A stretch of DNA of 31,326 bases from a virus (lineage: Duplodnaviria; Caudoviricetes). The notes beneath the pieces are model-generated. The model was not told where the DNA came from. It saw nothing but the letters and a program-made list of their open reading frames with translations, and ran no database searches. Positions 8,068 to 18,142 of the stretch are shown here, piece by piece (within the stretch, counting starts at the first letter, position 1; the number at the start of each line of letters is the position of its first letter). Made by a program: the position numbers and the translations under genes. The stretch is taken from the IMG/VR virus record IMGVR_UViG_3300025018_000395, positions 1-31,326 of that record; one strand, given 5' to 3'.

Positions 8068-9471
8068 TTATTGTTGTGCGGTTGTGCGTCTTTGCATGTT
8101 TTTTAATGATGTGGCTGCCAGTTGAGGTCGGCTTACAGGATTATAGCCACTTGTCTGGGTTCCTGTAGTGCTTTGTTTTGTTGTATCTTGTTGGCTCGTG
8201 TTTTGCGGAGAATAAGTGCTTTGTTTTGTTGTACCTTGTTGGCTCGTGTTTTGCGGAGAATAAGTGCTTTGATAAGTCTGTCCATAAGTCTTATTTTGTT
8301 CTGATTCAGGTTGATTTTGATTATAAGTTCCAATTGTTGCAAAGTTTGTCCCTGCACCTTGAGCGCCTGATTGTAAGGCATTGGCTCTGCTATAATATTC
8401 ATTTTGACCTGATTCATAACCATATTGACCAAGATTGATTTTATTGTAAGCCTGATCAACTCCAGAAATATAAGCTTTTTCTTGTTCATCGGCGGTTAGC
8501 ATTTCCCTTTCAAGTTGTGCCTGGTTCCCGTATTGATTTTCTTCTGCTTGTGTTTGGGCAACGTCAAATCCTGCTTGAGATCCCTTCATTCCAAGATCGG
8601 CAAGGTATTGAGCAGCATCAACATCGTAACCATATTTTACAGCATTTTCAGAAGCTTGCGCGGCTTGTTGTTGTTGTGATAAATTCGCTTGTTCAAGTCC
8701 GCGCGTCGCTGCTAAAGATTGAGTTTGTTGAGCGATTCCAATCCCTTGGTTCGCCTGTTCAAATCCAATGTTTTGAGCCGATTCTGTAAGTGCTTGTTGC
8801 TTCTGAATACCAATATCTTTTAATAGTGCAGCCGCTTGTTCTGGTCTGGTTTGACCGGAAGCCACGGCTTGTTTAACTTGACCTTCAACATCTTGATATT
8901 GTTTAATTATTCGTTTGTCCGCAAGTGACCGTTGTCCTCCGTATAATCCTTCTGCTACTGGATTTACGTCCTGCAATGCTTCGATTTCAGGGGTAGTAAA
9001 ATTATATTTTTCATATTCACTTGGGGCATTATACATGCTAAGATAATCAGTATTTATGTTGCTGTAATCATGGGGAGTATATTCTGGTGTTGTGTAGCTA
9101 TAAGGCTGATAAGTTCCAGCGCTTTCGAGTTGCGATATGGCTTCTTGTGTGTTGTAGCTATTTGGTTTATCCTGCAATTGGTCAAACAACATACTTTGAT
9201 AATCTGACATTTGTCCATAAGATTGCTGTAAATCTGTCGGAATATTAGTGCTAGTAAGTGCAGGATTTGTCGCACCTGTAGCAATATCCACTAAATTCCC
9301 AGAAGCGTCCTTAAAACCAGTGGTATTCCAGTTTGTCTGTATTTCCGAAGAACTTACAGGTTGCCCAGATTGTGCATCAAAATATTGCATATTTGGATCG
9401 AAATTATTTATGTTTACAAAATTCCCATTTGCATCTTTGTAAAATCTACCATTACCTATTCCGTTCCACAT
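8068..9471 (-). CDS. Gln/Ala-rich DNA pilot/ejection protein (putative)
   Basis: 467 aa Q/A/S/G/Y-rich helical low-complexity protein between the tail genes and the large internal protein. Confidence 0.55.
   Translation of the reverse strand: MWNGIGNGRFYKDANGNFVNINNFDPNMQYFDAQSGQPVSSSEIQTNWNTTGFKDASGNLVDIATGATNPALTSTNIPTDLQQSYGQMSDYQSMLFDQLQDKPNSYNTQEAISQLESAGTYQPYSYTTPEYTPHDYSNINTDYLSMYNAPSEYEKYNFTTPEIEALQDVNPVAEGLYGGQRSLADKRIIKQYQDVEGQVKQAVASGQTRPEQAAALLKDIGIQKQQALTESAQNIGFEQANQGIGIAQQTQSLAATRGLEQANLSQQQQAAQASENAVKYGYDVDAAQYLADLGMKGSQAGFDVAQTQAEENQYGNQAQLEREMLTADEQEKAYISGVDQAYNKINLGQYGYESGQNEYYSRANALQSGAQGAGTNFATIGTYNQNQPESEQNKTYGQTYQSTYSPQNTSQQGTTKQSTYSPQNTSQQDTTKQSTTGTQTSGYNPVSRPQLAATSLKNMQRRTTAQQ
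8167..8271. repeat. 48-bp in-frame tandem duplication (about 2.2 copies)
   Basis: agtgctttgttttgttgtaYcttgttggctcgtgttttgcggagaata at 8167 and 8215 with one mismatch, partial third copy at 8263. Encodes QSTYSPQNTSQQ[G/D]TTK. Confidence 0.95.
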
Positions 9472-9472
9472 A

Positions 9473-9778
9473 TTATTTACCTCGATTTTTAGAAATAAGA
9501 TCTAATACCATTTGAGTGTTATATCTAGGTTGAGGCCTTGGTTCTGCAGGGGCGCCAAAAGAAGATTGCGCCATAGATTCGCCAAAAGTAGGTTGTTTGT
9601 TTTGTATAGGTGGTGGTTGCTGCTGTGGCAAATTAGGCATTCCTCCAACATTCTGATTTACTTGTGGTTGTTGTAGTTGTTTGTCTTGAAGTGGCATTTG
9701 TTGTTGCGGTTGCATCCTATTTCTCATTTGCGCAAACACATTTTTGTTGTCTTTATTGTTTTGTTGGTAGAATGGCAT
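9473..9778 (-). CDS. Gln/Pro-rich hypothetical protein (ejection cluster)
   Basis: Tightly packed ORF with AGGAG RBS; disordered composition. Confidence 0.6.
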   Translation of the reverse strand: MPFYQQNNKDNKNVFAQMRNRMQPQQQMPLQDKQLQQPQVNQNVGGMPNLPQQQPPPIQNKQPTFGESMAQSSFGAPAEPRPQPRYNTQMVLDLISKNRGK

Positions 9779-9781
9779 TGT

Positions 9782-10048
9782 TTATCTCCTTAATAGTGAT
9801 GCGGCTAGTGATTCGCGCGATTGTGGTAATGATTGCCTAGGTTGCAAATAGCCCCTACCAGAAGGAAGATCTGCGCTAATTTGTCCTGGTCCTGATGCTG
9901 GTATTGATCTCTTAGACTCTTTATCATCTTTTGCCAATAATGCCTGAGCTAGTGTTGATAATGCAGTTGAGCCAACCATTGCCAATGGTACCGCCCATGG
10001 ATTACCTGTGGCTGCTGCCACTGTTCCCGCAGTCGTAGCGCCTATCAT
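9782..10048 (-). CDS. Small ejection-type protein with a hydrophobic Ala/Gly N-terminus
   Basis: AATGNPWAVPLAMVGSTALSTLAQALLA; GGGGAG RBS; position resembles P22 gp7 / T7 gp14 genes. Confidence 0.5.
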   Translation of the reverse strand: MIGATTAGTVAAATGNPWAVPLAMVGSTALSTLAQALLAKDDKESKRSIPASGPGQISADLPSGRGYLQPRQSLPQSRESLAASLLRR

Positions 10049-10049
10049 A

Positions 10050-10682
10050 CTACTCCCCCTTTATCTTGTCATTTATCTTTTTCTTAACTTCTGGCTTATT
10101 AATTCCATCTTCTTCCATATTAGCCAATGCTTGCTCATATATTTCTTTTTCATTCTTAAAATAGTCTAACTTCTTAAATTTTTCAAGTTTCACTTGAAGT
10201 TTTGCTATTTCTAATGGATTAGTACAGTTTTCCATTTTGTCATATAATCTGTTAAGATGTTTGTGAAAAACACAATCAGTTGGCATAATATATTTTTCCC
10301 AATTGTCATCTGATTTGATCTTATCTTTGTGTAAAAACTCTTCGCAATAAGTTGGGCATGGTTTGTCTATGAGATGTTGAACTTCTTCGATTTCGTGGAT
10401 TGACATTTCGCAATCTTTTAAATGTTCTGGAATCGTACAATCTTCAACTGTTAGCTCTCTTTTCTCATATCCCTTTAGCACTTCATTTTGTTCATATCCA
10501 ATAATTTCCTTTTTATATCCAAGTGTAACGGCATCGCTATAGATTGGTTTAGAATAATCAATTTCTAGTCTATGTATAGGTTTTGTTTTGTCATCGACAA
10601 ACTTTCCCCCTTGATATATTTCGGTAGGAAAATCGTAAACAATCATTCCATCTTTCAATTTAAATAATCTAACTTTTTGCAT
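10050..10682 (-). CDS. Hypothetical charged protein downstream of the tail fibre
   Basis: Long ORF. ATG 10682 follows GGAG and the fibre stop codon. Several Cys/His residues; no family recognised. Confidence 0.6.
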   Translation of the reverse strand: MQKVRLFKLKDGMIVYDFPTEIYQGGKFVDDKTKPIHRLEIDYSKPIYSDAVTLGYKKEIIGYEQNEVLKGYEKRELTVEDCTIPEHLKDCEMSIHEIEEVQHLIDKPCPTYCEEFLHKDKIKSDDNWEKYIMPTDCVFHKHLNRLYDKMENCTNPLEIAKLQVKLEKFKKLDYFKNEKEIYEQALANMEEDGINKPEVKKKINDKIKGE

Positions 10683-10683
10683 T

Positions 10684-11967
10684 TTATTGCTCTCCAAATA
10701 TCAATATATGATGTGTACAATCTCCGCCATAACCACTCGAAATGTTTGCGGTTCCCGATGAAACGGGGTTAACAGCCACAGTTGAGAGCGGCACTGATGA
10801 TCCAACAACAGTGTATGTAGTCCCACTCATAGGATTTGCAAGATTAAACTGTACTATAGTCGACCCCGCAGTTTTTGCAACACTAGAAATATTATGCACG
10901 CTTCCGGACGTACTGACTGCCGTTGTTGCAAATGTGAAAGAAGCTTGTGCCCATGCTCGTGCCGATCCTCTTCTTGTCGTATAATTTCCCATTTGTGCAA
11001 CGTCTGGTGGGAGTATACCATTATTCGAAATTCTTGTCGCATCCGCTGTATTTATTTCAAACACAAACGCGCCTGCAGATGGCACTTCAAACCACAAATT
11101 CGGCGTGCCATAAATCCCATCCGCATCAGTTGTTCCACCACTGTATGCCACATCACCAATTCTGATATAATTACCAGAGACCGTTCCGCTCGTAAAATTT
11201 GTATAATCTGGTTTAAACTCAACCGTTGAGTTGCCGCTTGGGTTTAATACATAAAGACTATAAGGCGAATCGGTCGGCAAAAATATCCCACCAACATTGT
11301 CACTTCCACCTTGAAAATGGAGTTCATTAAGATTCGTTATGTCCGATGTTTCTGTATCTGCAAACGCCATTGACACAACACCTGTAAATGTTTTTCCATC
11401 TATTGTTTGTGCACCAGTTGTTCCAACTACGGATCCAGTTACGCCATGGGCGCTTGTTGCTGAAAGATGAGAATCTATTTGCACATGAGTGTTTGTTCCA
11501 ATAGATGACAAGACTCCATGATCAACAGTTCCCCCAGTGGATAAAATTGCATGATTGTGTGTTGCATTAATAAAATTAGCAATAGAAGGAGAAAGCAGTG
11601 TCTTGTTTGATAGTGAATCTGTCGTTGCTCTTCCGACAACTACGTCATCAGCATCTTGGAATGTCATTGTTCTTGTTGCTGTTAGACCAGCATGATTCAA
11701 ATTTAACTCATTGGCTGCGCCTTTGCTGATCTTCCAATAAATTGTTTCAGTCCCATCAACCTGATTTGCGCCAACTCCCCAATCAATCTTGGTAAAGTTT
11801 ACTGAATCAGCTACAAGTTCAGCGGTATCAACCGAGTTTTCCGCAAGGTTGTCTGTATCTAAATTACCATTTACCAATGTGTAAAGAGTATCTAGAACAG
11901 CGTTTACTTCGGTTGCATCTGCTGCGGTTCCATTAGTAAATGTGTATGGTTTTACTACTATTGCCAT
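10684..11967 (-). CDS. Tail fibre protein
   Basis: N-terminal YTFTNGTAADATEVNA anchor-type motif, shaft repeats (DSLSNKTL, QTIDGKTF, H-x-H), C-terminal ARAWA...NISSV...MSGTTYTVV domain. Confidence 0.7.
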   Translation of the reverse strand: MAIVVKPYTFTNGTAADATEVNAVLDTLYTLVNGNLDTDNLAENSVDTAELVADSVNFTKIDWGVGANQVDGTETIYWKISKGAANELNLNHAGLTATRTMTFQDADDVVVGRATTDSLSNKTLLSPSIANFINATHNHAILSTGGTVDHGVLSSIGTNTHVQIDSHLSATSAHGVTGSVVGTTGAQTIDGKTFTGVVSMAFADTETSDITNLNELHFQGGSDNVGGIFLPTDSPYSLYVLNPSGNSTVEFKPDYTNFTSGTVSGNYIRIGDVAYSGGTTDADGIYGTPNLWFEVPSAGAFVFEINTADATRISNNGILPPDVAQMGNYTTRRGSARAWAQASFTFATTAVSTSGSVHNISSVAKTAGSTIVQFNLANPMSGTTYTVVGSSVPLSTVAVNPVSSGTANISSGYGGDCTHHILIFGEQ

Positions 11968-11969
11968 AA

Positions 11970-14102
11970 TTAACCATTCCTATCTGATAAAATTTGAAAA
12001 CAAACTCCGTGGCCATCCCAGTAAAATGGTTCTCCACCTTTATCATTTCTATATTTAATGGAATAAAATCTATATTTTCCAACAAATCTTATTCTTTGTA
12101 AAGTGGAAGATAAAGCTCCCCACAATCCACTTCCCCAAATCAATGATCCCCAATATGATGTTGAGGATGTCAGTGAAATCGTATCTGAACCAGAGGTACC
12201 CGACTCAAAGTCTTTTCTAAACGTGACATCAACGTCATAGGCTCCTGTTTGTCGCACGTATGGAACTATCCATCTTAGCCGCTTCCACCTGTTTTCATAG
12301 TCGTTTGAGTTCCAAAACTCTTCTGCATATCCATCGATTTGAGCAATAGAATATTGTGTTGTTGTGTCTGGATTTGCTGCCCAGGTTCCAACAATTGTTA
12401 TCTGTGTTGCAGTATTAGATGCGATCCTTCTTCTTTGATTTTTACCAGTTCCATCCCTTAAAAACACTGTAGCGCCAACAAGTCCGTTTACTGTCCACGC
12501 CTGTGTCGTATCGCTTATAGTGTTTGCCGTTGAAGACGTTGCATTTCCATTTAATTCATCACTATTTAAATCATATCCATCAGCGTCACCGCTGTTCCAC
12601 TTCCAAATATACCCATACCCGTCACCGAATATCATTACATTGCTTCCAGAGTCTTGGTAATTAGAAGCACTATAAATGTCTGTTCCAACCTCGTAATACA
12701 TCCATTCACCGTAAGAGTCTGATTGTGAAGATCCAAGTGAATAGTCAAAAACAAGTATTTGTGAATTATAATTCGTTGAGCTTGGAATAATTAGGTAAAC
12801 ATGTTGTGAAGCTCCATGGCTGTAATTAAACATTTTTATTCGGCTTGTGTCTGACCAAGGAATTGCCTGCTCAATGGTTACGACATCACGTCCAATATAA
12901 ATATCTCTTAAATCTGCATTATCATAATCAGTTGGAGTCATTAGGTAGATGCCATCGTTTGACAATCTAATGACATATCCATCAACGTCAGAAATAGATG
13001 TTCCATAGTTATTTGTTCCGCGTCCGCTAATTCTTGCCGGAATGCTCGAAGCAGGATTACCTGTCAAAATAAAAACACCATTCTTTTTATGGATTATAAT
13101 AGAATTTAAGTGCTTTTCTAGTTTTAAAATACGTCCACCGTCTTTATCGCCTATAGTGTGATAGTTTGCGCTAGGAAATGCGTGCGGTTTGCTTGGTTGA
13201 GAATAAACGAGCAATGTTGGATCTGTTTCATCAACCATTAAAATTCGGTCTAGGTATTCAATTATCAGTTTAGATTGTGGCGGCGGTGTGTTTCCAACAT
13301 CGATTGTACCAGTATCATATTCGATTTCAATTGTTCCTGATGTTAATCCAGTATCATCGTAAGTCGTTCCTACGTATGTTGTGTAAGATATTTCAGCAAC
13401 TCTTGTAAAGATTGTCTCCTGTGGATTTCCTGCATTATCCTGCACCCACATTCTGTAAACTCGGTATTTGTCCGCCGATTCCCCTGCTCCTACTGTTGGG
13501 AACGGACCAAGTCTTGCATCATTTGTTCCAGTTGCTCCGACATTTACTGCAGGTGCAGTTGTAATATCAACAGGATTTGATTCAGCTCCACGAGTAGAGT
13601 CATAGAAAGTTACGACATATTGATAGATTCCATCAAGGGTAGATCCAGCATCTGCATTTGTAGCGACGGCCACATGACCGCTTGGGGCGGATAGTCCTAT
13701 TTTAGTATAAGTGGTTCCATTATAAGTAAAATTATTATTAACTCCATTAACGCCAAGCAATCTATCTTGGTAAATCTGGAATCGCCATTCTGTGTCTACG
13801 GTTAGGCCTGTTATCAGTGCGCTAACAGCAGCACCATTCCACGAATACATTGTTGTATTTGCAAAAGCAACGACTTCGCTTGTCCCATTGCTTCTATGGT
13901 AATCTATTAAGGATAAGACCTTGTTTGTGACTGGGAGATTAAATAATTTAGTATAACCCTTGCGTTTGGATTTCCCACCACGACCATCAAGGTTCATATT
14001 TAAAACAGATAACAATGAACCAAAAGGCATATTGGTGATAGCATAGGATTGTTTTAATCCATATATTGCATCAAAATTCTTTTCAAAGAATCGCTCTTTC
14101 AT
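11970..14102 (-). CDS. Tail nozzle / DNA stabilisation protein (P22 gp10 / tail tubular B-like)
   Basis: About 710 aa, beta-rich, NMNLDGRGGKSKRKGY N-terminus, propeller-like body, YWGSLIWGSGLWG near the C-terminus. ATG 14102 overlaps the upstream TAA (TAATG). Confidence 0.75.
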   Translation of the reverse strand: MKERFFEKNFDAIYGLKQSYAITNMPFGSLLSVLNMNLDGRGGKSKRKGYTKLFNLPVTNKVLSLIDYHRSNGTSEVVAFANTTMYSWNGAAVSALITGLTVDTEWRFQIYQDRLLGVNGVNNNFTYNGTTYTKIGLSAPSGHVAVATNADAGSTLDGIYQYVVTFYDSTRGAESNPVDITTAPAVNVGATGTNDARLGPFPTVGAGESADKYRVYRMWVQDNAGNPQETIFTRVAEISYTTYVGTTYDDTGLTSGTIEIEYDTGTIDVGNTPPPQSKLIIEYLDRILMVDETDPTLLVYSQPSKPHAFPSANYHTIGDKDGGRILKLEKHLNSIIIHKKNGVFILTGNPASSIPARISGRGTNNYGTSISDVDGYVIRLSNDGIYLMTPTDYDNADLRDIYIGRDVVTIEQAIPWSDTSRIKMFNYSHGASQHVYLIIPSSTNYNSQILVFDYSLGSSQSDSYGEWMYYEVGTDIYSASNYQDSGSNVMIFGDGYGYIWKWNSGDADGYDLNSDELNGNATSSTANTISDTTQAWTVNGLVGATVFLRDGTGKNQRRRIASNTATQITIVGTWAANPDTTTQYSIAQIDGYAEEFWNSNDYENRWKRLRWIVPYVRQTGAYDVDVTFRKDFESGTSGSDTISLTSSTSYWGSLIWGSGLWGALSSTLQRIRFVGKYRFYSIKYRNDKGGEPFYWDGHGVCFQILSDRNG

Positions 14103-15670
14103 TAAGCGGCTCTCCTCCAAAGTTCTTTCCAAATAGATCCTGATAGTCTAAGACATACAGTTACGTCAACACCAAATGTTAGTCCAGCTCCTCCTGCTAA
14201 TTCAAAATTACCACCATCCGCAATTGTTGTTGAATTTGTTGCGCTTCCACCTCTGACTATTATGATTTGCCCTTCATGTCCATTTGTGAAGTTTGTTATA
14301 GCGGTAGCTCCACCATTTGCAGAAGTTACCCATGCGGGATTTTCACATAATGAAAAAGAAACATCAACAGTTGTCGCATCTGCAATTATTATATTGTCTG
14401 CCTCATTTCCACTTCCATAAATTCTAGTTCCTTCACCTGGCGAACAATAACTTGGATTTGCTCCATCTATCGAACAAACATTTGATCCCATACTTGTTGT
14501 TACTGCGGTGCTTGTATATAATCTGTATATAGACCCTTTACATGCCCAAATCAAATAGTCTGCGCTAGTTGTTCCATATATGTTTGGCAAATCAATATAG
14601 CTTCCACCTGTCAATGGATCAGTTGGAACAACTTCATCTAATCTTGGTTGAAATCCACCTGAGCAATTAAAAAATCTAATATATGCAGTCGATCTGTCAT
14701 ATGATGAAAAAGTATGACTTATCTGGATTCCATCGGTTCCAAGATTAGAAAATACGTTTCCCCCTAAAAATCTAATGCCAGCTTGATTCCTAAATAAACA
14801 TCCGAGCGTAGAATTTCCATCGATGACATTGCCATAGGCTAATAGTGTCATGGAGTTTTCGCTCGCTGTTAACGTGTAATTACTTGAGCTTTTTACATAA
14901 CAATTATAATATTGGACAAAAGAATTATTAGACGTGGTAGCTGTAAGCAATTGGATATTACACCTTTGAAATCTTAAAACAGAATACTGTGTTGCAAACG
15001 CTGAAATCGAGCTTGTGAATTTAATATCTCTGAAAAGCCATTTGCTTGCTGCTTCTGCAGTGTAACCGTCGCTTTCAGGAGTATATATCAATCCTGTGCC
15101 AGTCGTTAGCTGTAGCGTAACTGATTGCTCGACAATGTCAAAAGTGTCTGTTGCAGCTGGTGTAGTAAAGGCTGAATCTTGAGTAATAAAGCTAATATCA
15201 TCAGCATCATTCCAGTATATTACACCGTATTTCCCGTTTAATGTTCCTGACGTAAATTTGACCATTTTGCCAATATGTGCATTTGGAGTCCATCCAGGTG
15301 AAGGCACTACTCGAAGTGTGGTCCCATTTGGCTCTGTATTTGCAACCATTGAATCTATTGTATGGCTGGAAACAGTAGACAAATCGCCGTACATTTTATG
15401 AAATCCCATATGGAAAGAATTGCAAACTTCTAATGGAAAAACATATGTTCCAGCAGAGAATCTAATTGTGCAACGATAATTTGACCGTACTGAAATTTCA
15501 TATAACACGCGGTCTGACGTTCTAAAAGGAGCGCCAGAAGTTCCGTCGCCAGTAGTGTCACTTCCAGTTGTTGCAACATAAATGTTATAATCAGTGTTTC
15601 TCTGTTCCTGCAATAAATATTCAGTAGAATCTAATCTATGACCAATATCTAAAAATCTTGCTACACCCAT
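14102..15670 (-). CDS. Tail spike-like protein with a probable beta-helix region
   Basis: IYVATTGSDTTGDGTSGAPFRT motif common at the start of pectate-lyase-like folds; S/T/N/G-rich beta composition. Confidence 0.6.
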   Translation of the reverse strand: MGVARFLDIGHRLDSTEYLLQEQRNTDYNIYVATTGSDTTGDGTSGAPFRTSDRVLYEISVRSNYRCTIRFSAGTYVFPLEVCNSFHMGFHKMYGDLSTVSSHTIDSMVANTEPNGTTLRVVPSPGWTPNAHIGKMVKFTSGTLNGKYGVIYWNDADDISFITQDSAFTTPAATDTFDIVEQSVTLQLTTGTGLIYTPESDGYTAEAASKWLFRDIKFTSSISAFATQYSVLRFQRCNIQLLTATTSNNSFVQYYNCYVKSSSNYTLTASENSMTLLAYGNVIDGNSTLGCLFRNQAGIRFLGGNVFSNLGTDGIQISHTFSSYDRSTAYIRFFNCSGGFQPRLDEVVPTDPLTGGSYIDLPNIYGTTSADYLIWACKGSIYRLYTSTAVTTSMGSNVCSIDGANPSYCSPGEGTRIYGSGNEADNIIIADATTVDVSFSLCENPAWVTSANGGATAITNFTNGHEGQIIIVRGGSATNSTTIADGGNFELAGGAGLTFGVDVTVCLRLSGSIWKELWRRAA

Positions 15671-15688
15671 CTTGGTCCTCTCTTATAT

Positions 15689-16039
15689 TTATTTGTTATT
15701 TTTCATGTGATAATAAACAGCATAAGATGCGTTTACATTTGAATCAGCTGCTGTTATCGTTAATCTTAAATACTTAAATATATTCGGCGATATTAATAGT
15801 GTTGTAGATCCTGACACTCCGGAAGTTGTTGTTGAAGTTCCGGCTACTGTGTCCCAGTTGCTTCCATTGTTTGACGTCTGCAAAACAAATGTTGAAGTAC
15901 CCGTATGAGTAGACCAAACTATTTGGACTGAAACAATATCTGGATAATTATTGCAATGAATAGTTGCACCAGAATTTGTTCCATGGGCATCAATTGTTTG
16001 TGATATATTGGCCTCTTTTAAATCATATTTGTTAGCCAT
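15689..16039 (-). CDS. Small beta-sandwich virion protein
   Basis: SVQIVW...FVLQTSNNGSNWDTV...FKYLRLT pattern typical of small phage structural proteins. Confidence 0.55.
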   Translation of the reverse strand: MANKYDLKEANISQTIDAHGTNSGATIHCNNYPDIVSVQIVWSTHTGTSTFVLQTSNNGSNWDTVAGTSTTTSGVSGSTTLLISPNIFKYLRLTITAADSNVNASYAVYYHMKNNK

Positions 16040-16307
16040 TTAATACCTCTTCTTTTTTAGATTTTCTTTTATTTTGTTTCACGGACTTGTTTGCTATAAA
16101 GTTGTCTACTATTTCAATTTCTTCTGTAATAGAATTTTTGTCAGTTTCGTCGTCTTCGTTGAAGATAACAACATTCGGTTTGAATCTTTGTAAAAATGCA
16201 ATACTAACCCTTGATCCAAATTCTTTTACTTCACCTGGTTCTATAAAAAAATTACTTGATCCCCATGATAACATTACTTCTTTTTCCGATAGATTTTTTA
16301 GTTTCAT
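16032..16307 (-). CDS. Hypothetical protein
   Basis: Packed ORF in the structural operon with an acidic/basic tail. Confidence 0.55.
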   Translation of the reverse strand: MKLKNLSEKEVMLSWGSSNFFIEPGEVKEFGSRVSIAFLQRFKPNVVIFNEDDETDKNSITEEIEIVDNFIANKSVKQNKRKSKKEEVLNG

Positions 16308-16314
16308 AATTAAA

Positions 16315-17235
16315 TTACTCCCATGTTGAAATTACTCTTCTGGATTTTTGTGTGTTTCGACTTTCCATTGATTGCTTCATATCTTCTAATAAAGGTGAAT
16401 ATAACTGAGCTAAAACCATTATGTCATCCTCTGTTTTAGCCTTTGCTCTTATAGATGCCCCATAAGCTAGTAGTTCATGAAAATCGTCAGGGATAGGACT
16501 GTTAATTGAATAAACTGAAGTTGCGTCTGGTGTTGTGTTCCAATTAAATGCGACTGTTGCGATCCTGGTTGATCCAACGTATTGAATTATTTTGTTTAAC
16601 TGTCCTGCACCTGTTCCAGAAATTATTTCAATATTCATTCCTGAATAATAGTTGTTTGTTGGAGAAACTGTTCCGAGTGTTGTTGCTGCACCACTTACAC
16701 CAAGTGTTATTGAGTTTGATGATCCAGTGATTGCGGTTGCTTTATGTAAATTTGGAGCGGTTGGGATGTAATAGATTCTAAAATGTCTAGAAGAAGAGGT
16801 ATCTGTTCCGTTCGTAAAATTAATTGTATTTTCATAAATATAATAGGCCTCTGCATTTCCAATTACTCCACGCTGAGATAAATCATATATTTGTCCTTGA
16901 TCATCTAAACTTATCTCATCGACAAGATATTTTTCGCCGTTTAACTCATCATAAGACAAGTTTGGATATGTTCCTGAGACTCCACTTGGAAGCACTTCTA
17001 CACGTCTAATCATGAATACATCTAATGGAAGATGATACTTTAATGTATTTGTGGTGAATTGTGTGATGGTTTCACGACCAAACCAGTCTTCATACGTTTG
17101 GCGTACCTTGCTAAACATATTTTTGTGTTCACTATTAATGAACATCAACAAGTTGGCATCCGAATAGTCTGCAGCCTCACTTGGAGGCTCATCGACATAT
17201 TCCCTTGCCATTGTTATAATATCTGATAAGTTCAT
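16315..17235 (-). CDS. Head-tail adaptor (tail tubular A / gp4-like)
   Basis: MNLSDIITMAREYVDE...YSDANLLMFIN N-terminus and IPDDFHELLAYGA C-terminal helix. Lies between capsid and nozzle. Confidence 0.75.
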   Translation of the reverse strand: MNLSDIITMAREYVDEPPSEAADYSDANLLMFINSEHKNMFSKVRQTYEDWFGRETITQFTTNTLKYHLPLDVFMIRRVEVLPSGVSGTYPNLSYDELNGEKYLVDEISLDDQGQIYDLSQRGVIGNAEAYYIYENTINFTNGTDTSSSRHFRIYYIPTAPNLHKATAITGSSNSITLGVSGAATTLGTVSPTNNYYSGMNIEIISGTGAGQLNKIIQYVGSTRIATVAFNWNTTPDATSVYSINSPIPDDFHELLAYGASIRAKAKTEDDIMVLAQLYSPLLEDMKQSMESRNTQKSRRVISTWE

Positions 17236-17603
17236 TCTCCACCAACAATGTTTACATATTCATGAGATTCAATATTCATATTTTTAGAAAGTTTTTCGTT
17301 TAGTTTCTCATGATATGACTTATAAGACAAACAAGCCACAAAAGTCGCACTTTCTATTGTTTTATAATTCTTTAATAAGAATGGATTTTTATCCGCACAT
17401 TTTTTTTCGCTTTTAACAAGGTTGTCTTTTATTTTTTTGTAATCATAAATCAAACCATTATCGAAACAATCCTTACAGAAACCTACTCGCATCAATGAAT
17501 TAGAAACACTGTCTTTGTAATAAACATCATAATCTTTGTTGATAATATATTTTTTGTTTCTGGGTTTTCCGCAATTAATGCACCCAAATTCATGGTGTTC
17601 CAT
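17232..17603 (-). CDS. Hypothetical protein with two CxxC motifs
   Basis: CINC and CKDC; overlaps with both neighbouring genes. Confidence 0.6.
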   Translation of the reverse strand: MEHHEFGCINCGKPRNKKYIINKDYDVYYKDSVSNSLMRVGFCKDCFDNGLIYDYKKIKDNLVKSEKKCADKNPFLLKNYKTIESATFVACLSYKSYHEKLNEKLSKNMNIESHEYVNIVGGE

Positions 17604-18082
17604 TAAAAGACCCCCTTGTAATCAGCATCTCCACCATCTTCAATAAGTTTTATTAATGGCTTCCTTAATTCTTTTGCAATATCTTTTGCTAAATCTTTTC
17701 TGTTTTCTTCGAGTTTCTTCTCTAAATTTGAATTATTTTCATCCATTTTTCTTACAAATTCTTTTGTTGATGTGTTTCTTAAATCTGTTTTTTTAAGCAT
17801 GTCAACAATCCAAAGGCCTGGTTCTTTTCTCATTCCAGTTTCTTCGTTATCTTCTAACGCCCAAACTCTACAAAATTCACCTTTATCCTTGCCATTATAA
17901 TATCTTACAAGATGCCATTTATGATCTGGTAAATGGTACTTAATATCAAGAAGCTCATCAATTTTTTGAATCTTTTCAAGAATTTCTTGGCTAATTTTCA
18001 ATGACAGAGAATATCTATCTCTAAAAGGTACTCCTATCCATTTAAAATTGTTTGGATCTTGTACTATTTCTATTAATCCCAT
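17603..18082 (-). CDS. Hypothetical protein downstream of the major capsid gene
   Basis: ATG 18082 follows AAAGGA. The upstream GTG start in the ORF track lies inside a hairpin. Confidence 0.6.
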   Translation of the reverse strand: MGLIEIVQDPNNFKWIGVPFRDRYSLSLKISQEILEKIQKIDELLDIKYHLPDHKWHLVRYYNGKDKGEFCRVWALEDNEETGMRKEPGLWIVDMLKKTDLRNTSTKEFVRKMDENNSNLEKKLEENRKDLAKDIAKELRKPLIKLIEDGGDADYKGVF

Positions 18083-18090
18083 AATAGTTC

Positions 18091-18130
18091 CTTTGTGGCC
18101 CGCGTCACATCTAACGCGGGCCACATAAAG
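18091..18130. promoter_or_regulatory. GC-rich stem-loop after the major capsid gene, with no U-tract
   Basis: tgtggcccgcgt-N8-acgcgggccaca is a perfect 12-bp stem (18094-18125), flanked by cttt/aaag. Confidence 0.75.
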
Positions 18131-18142
18131 TAGTTTAATTAA

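Noticed and set aside
8167-8271. 48-bp repeats as a CRISPR array
   Set aside because: Head-to-tail copies with no spacers, in frame within a CDS, and no cas genes.
10684-15670. Diversity-generating retroelement targeting the fibre or spike
   Set aside because: No reverse transcriptase, and no template/variable repeat pair was noticed by eye.
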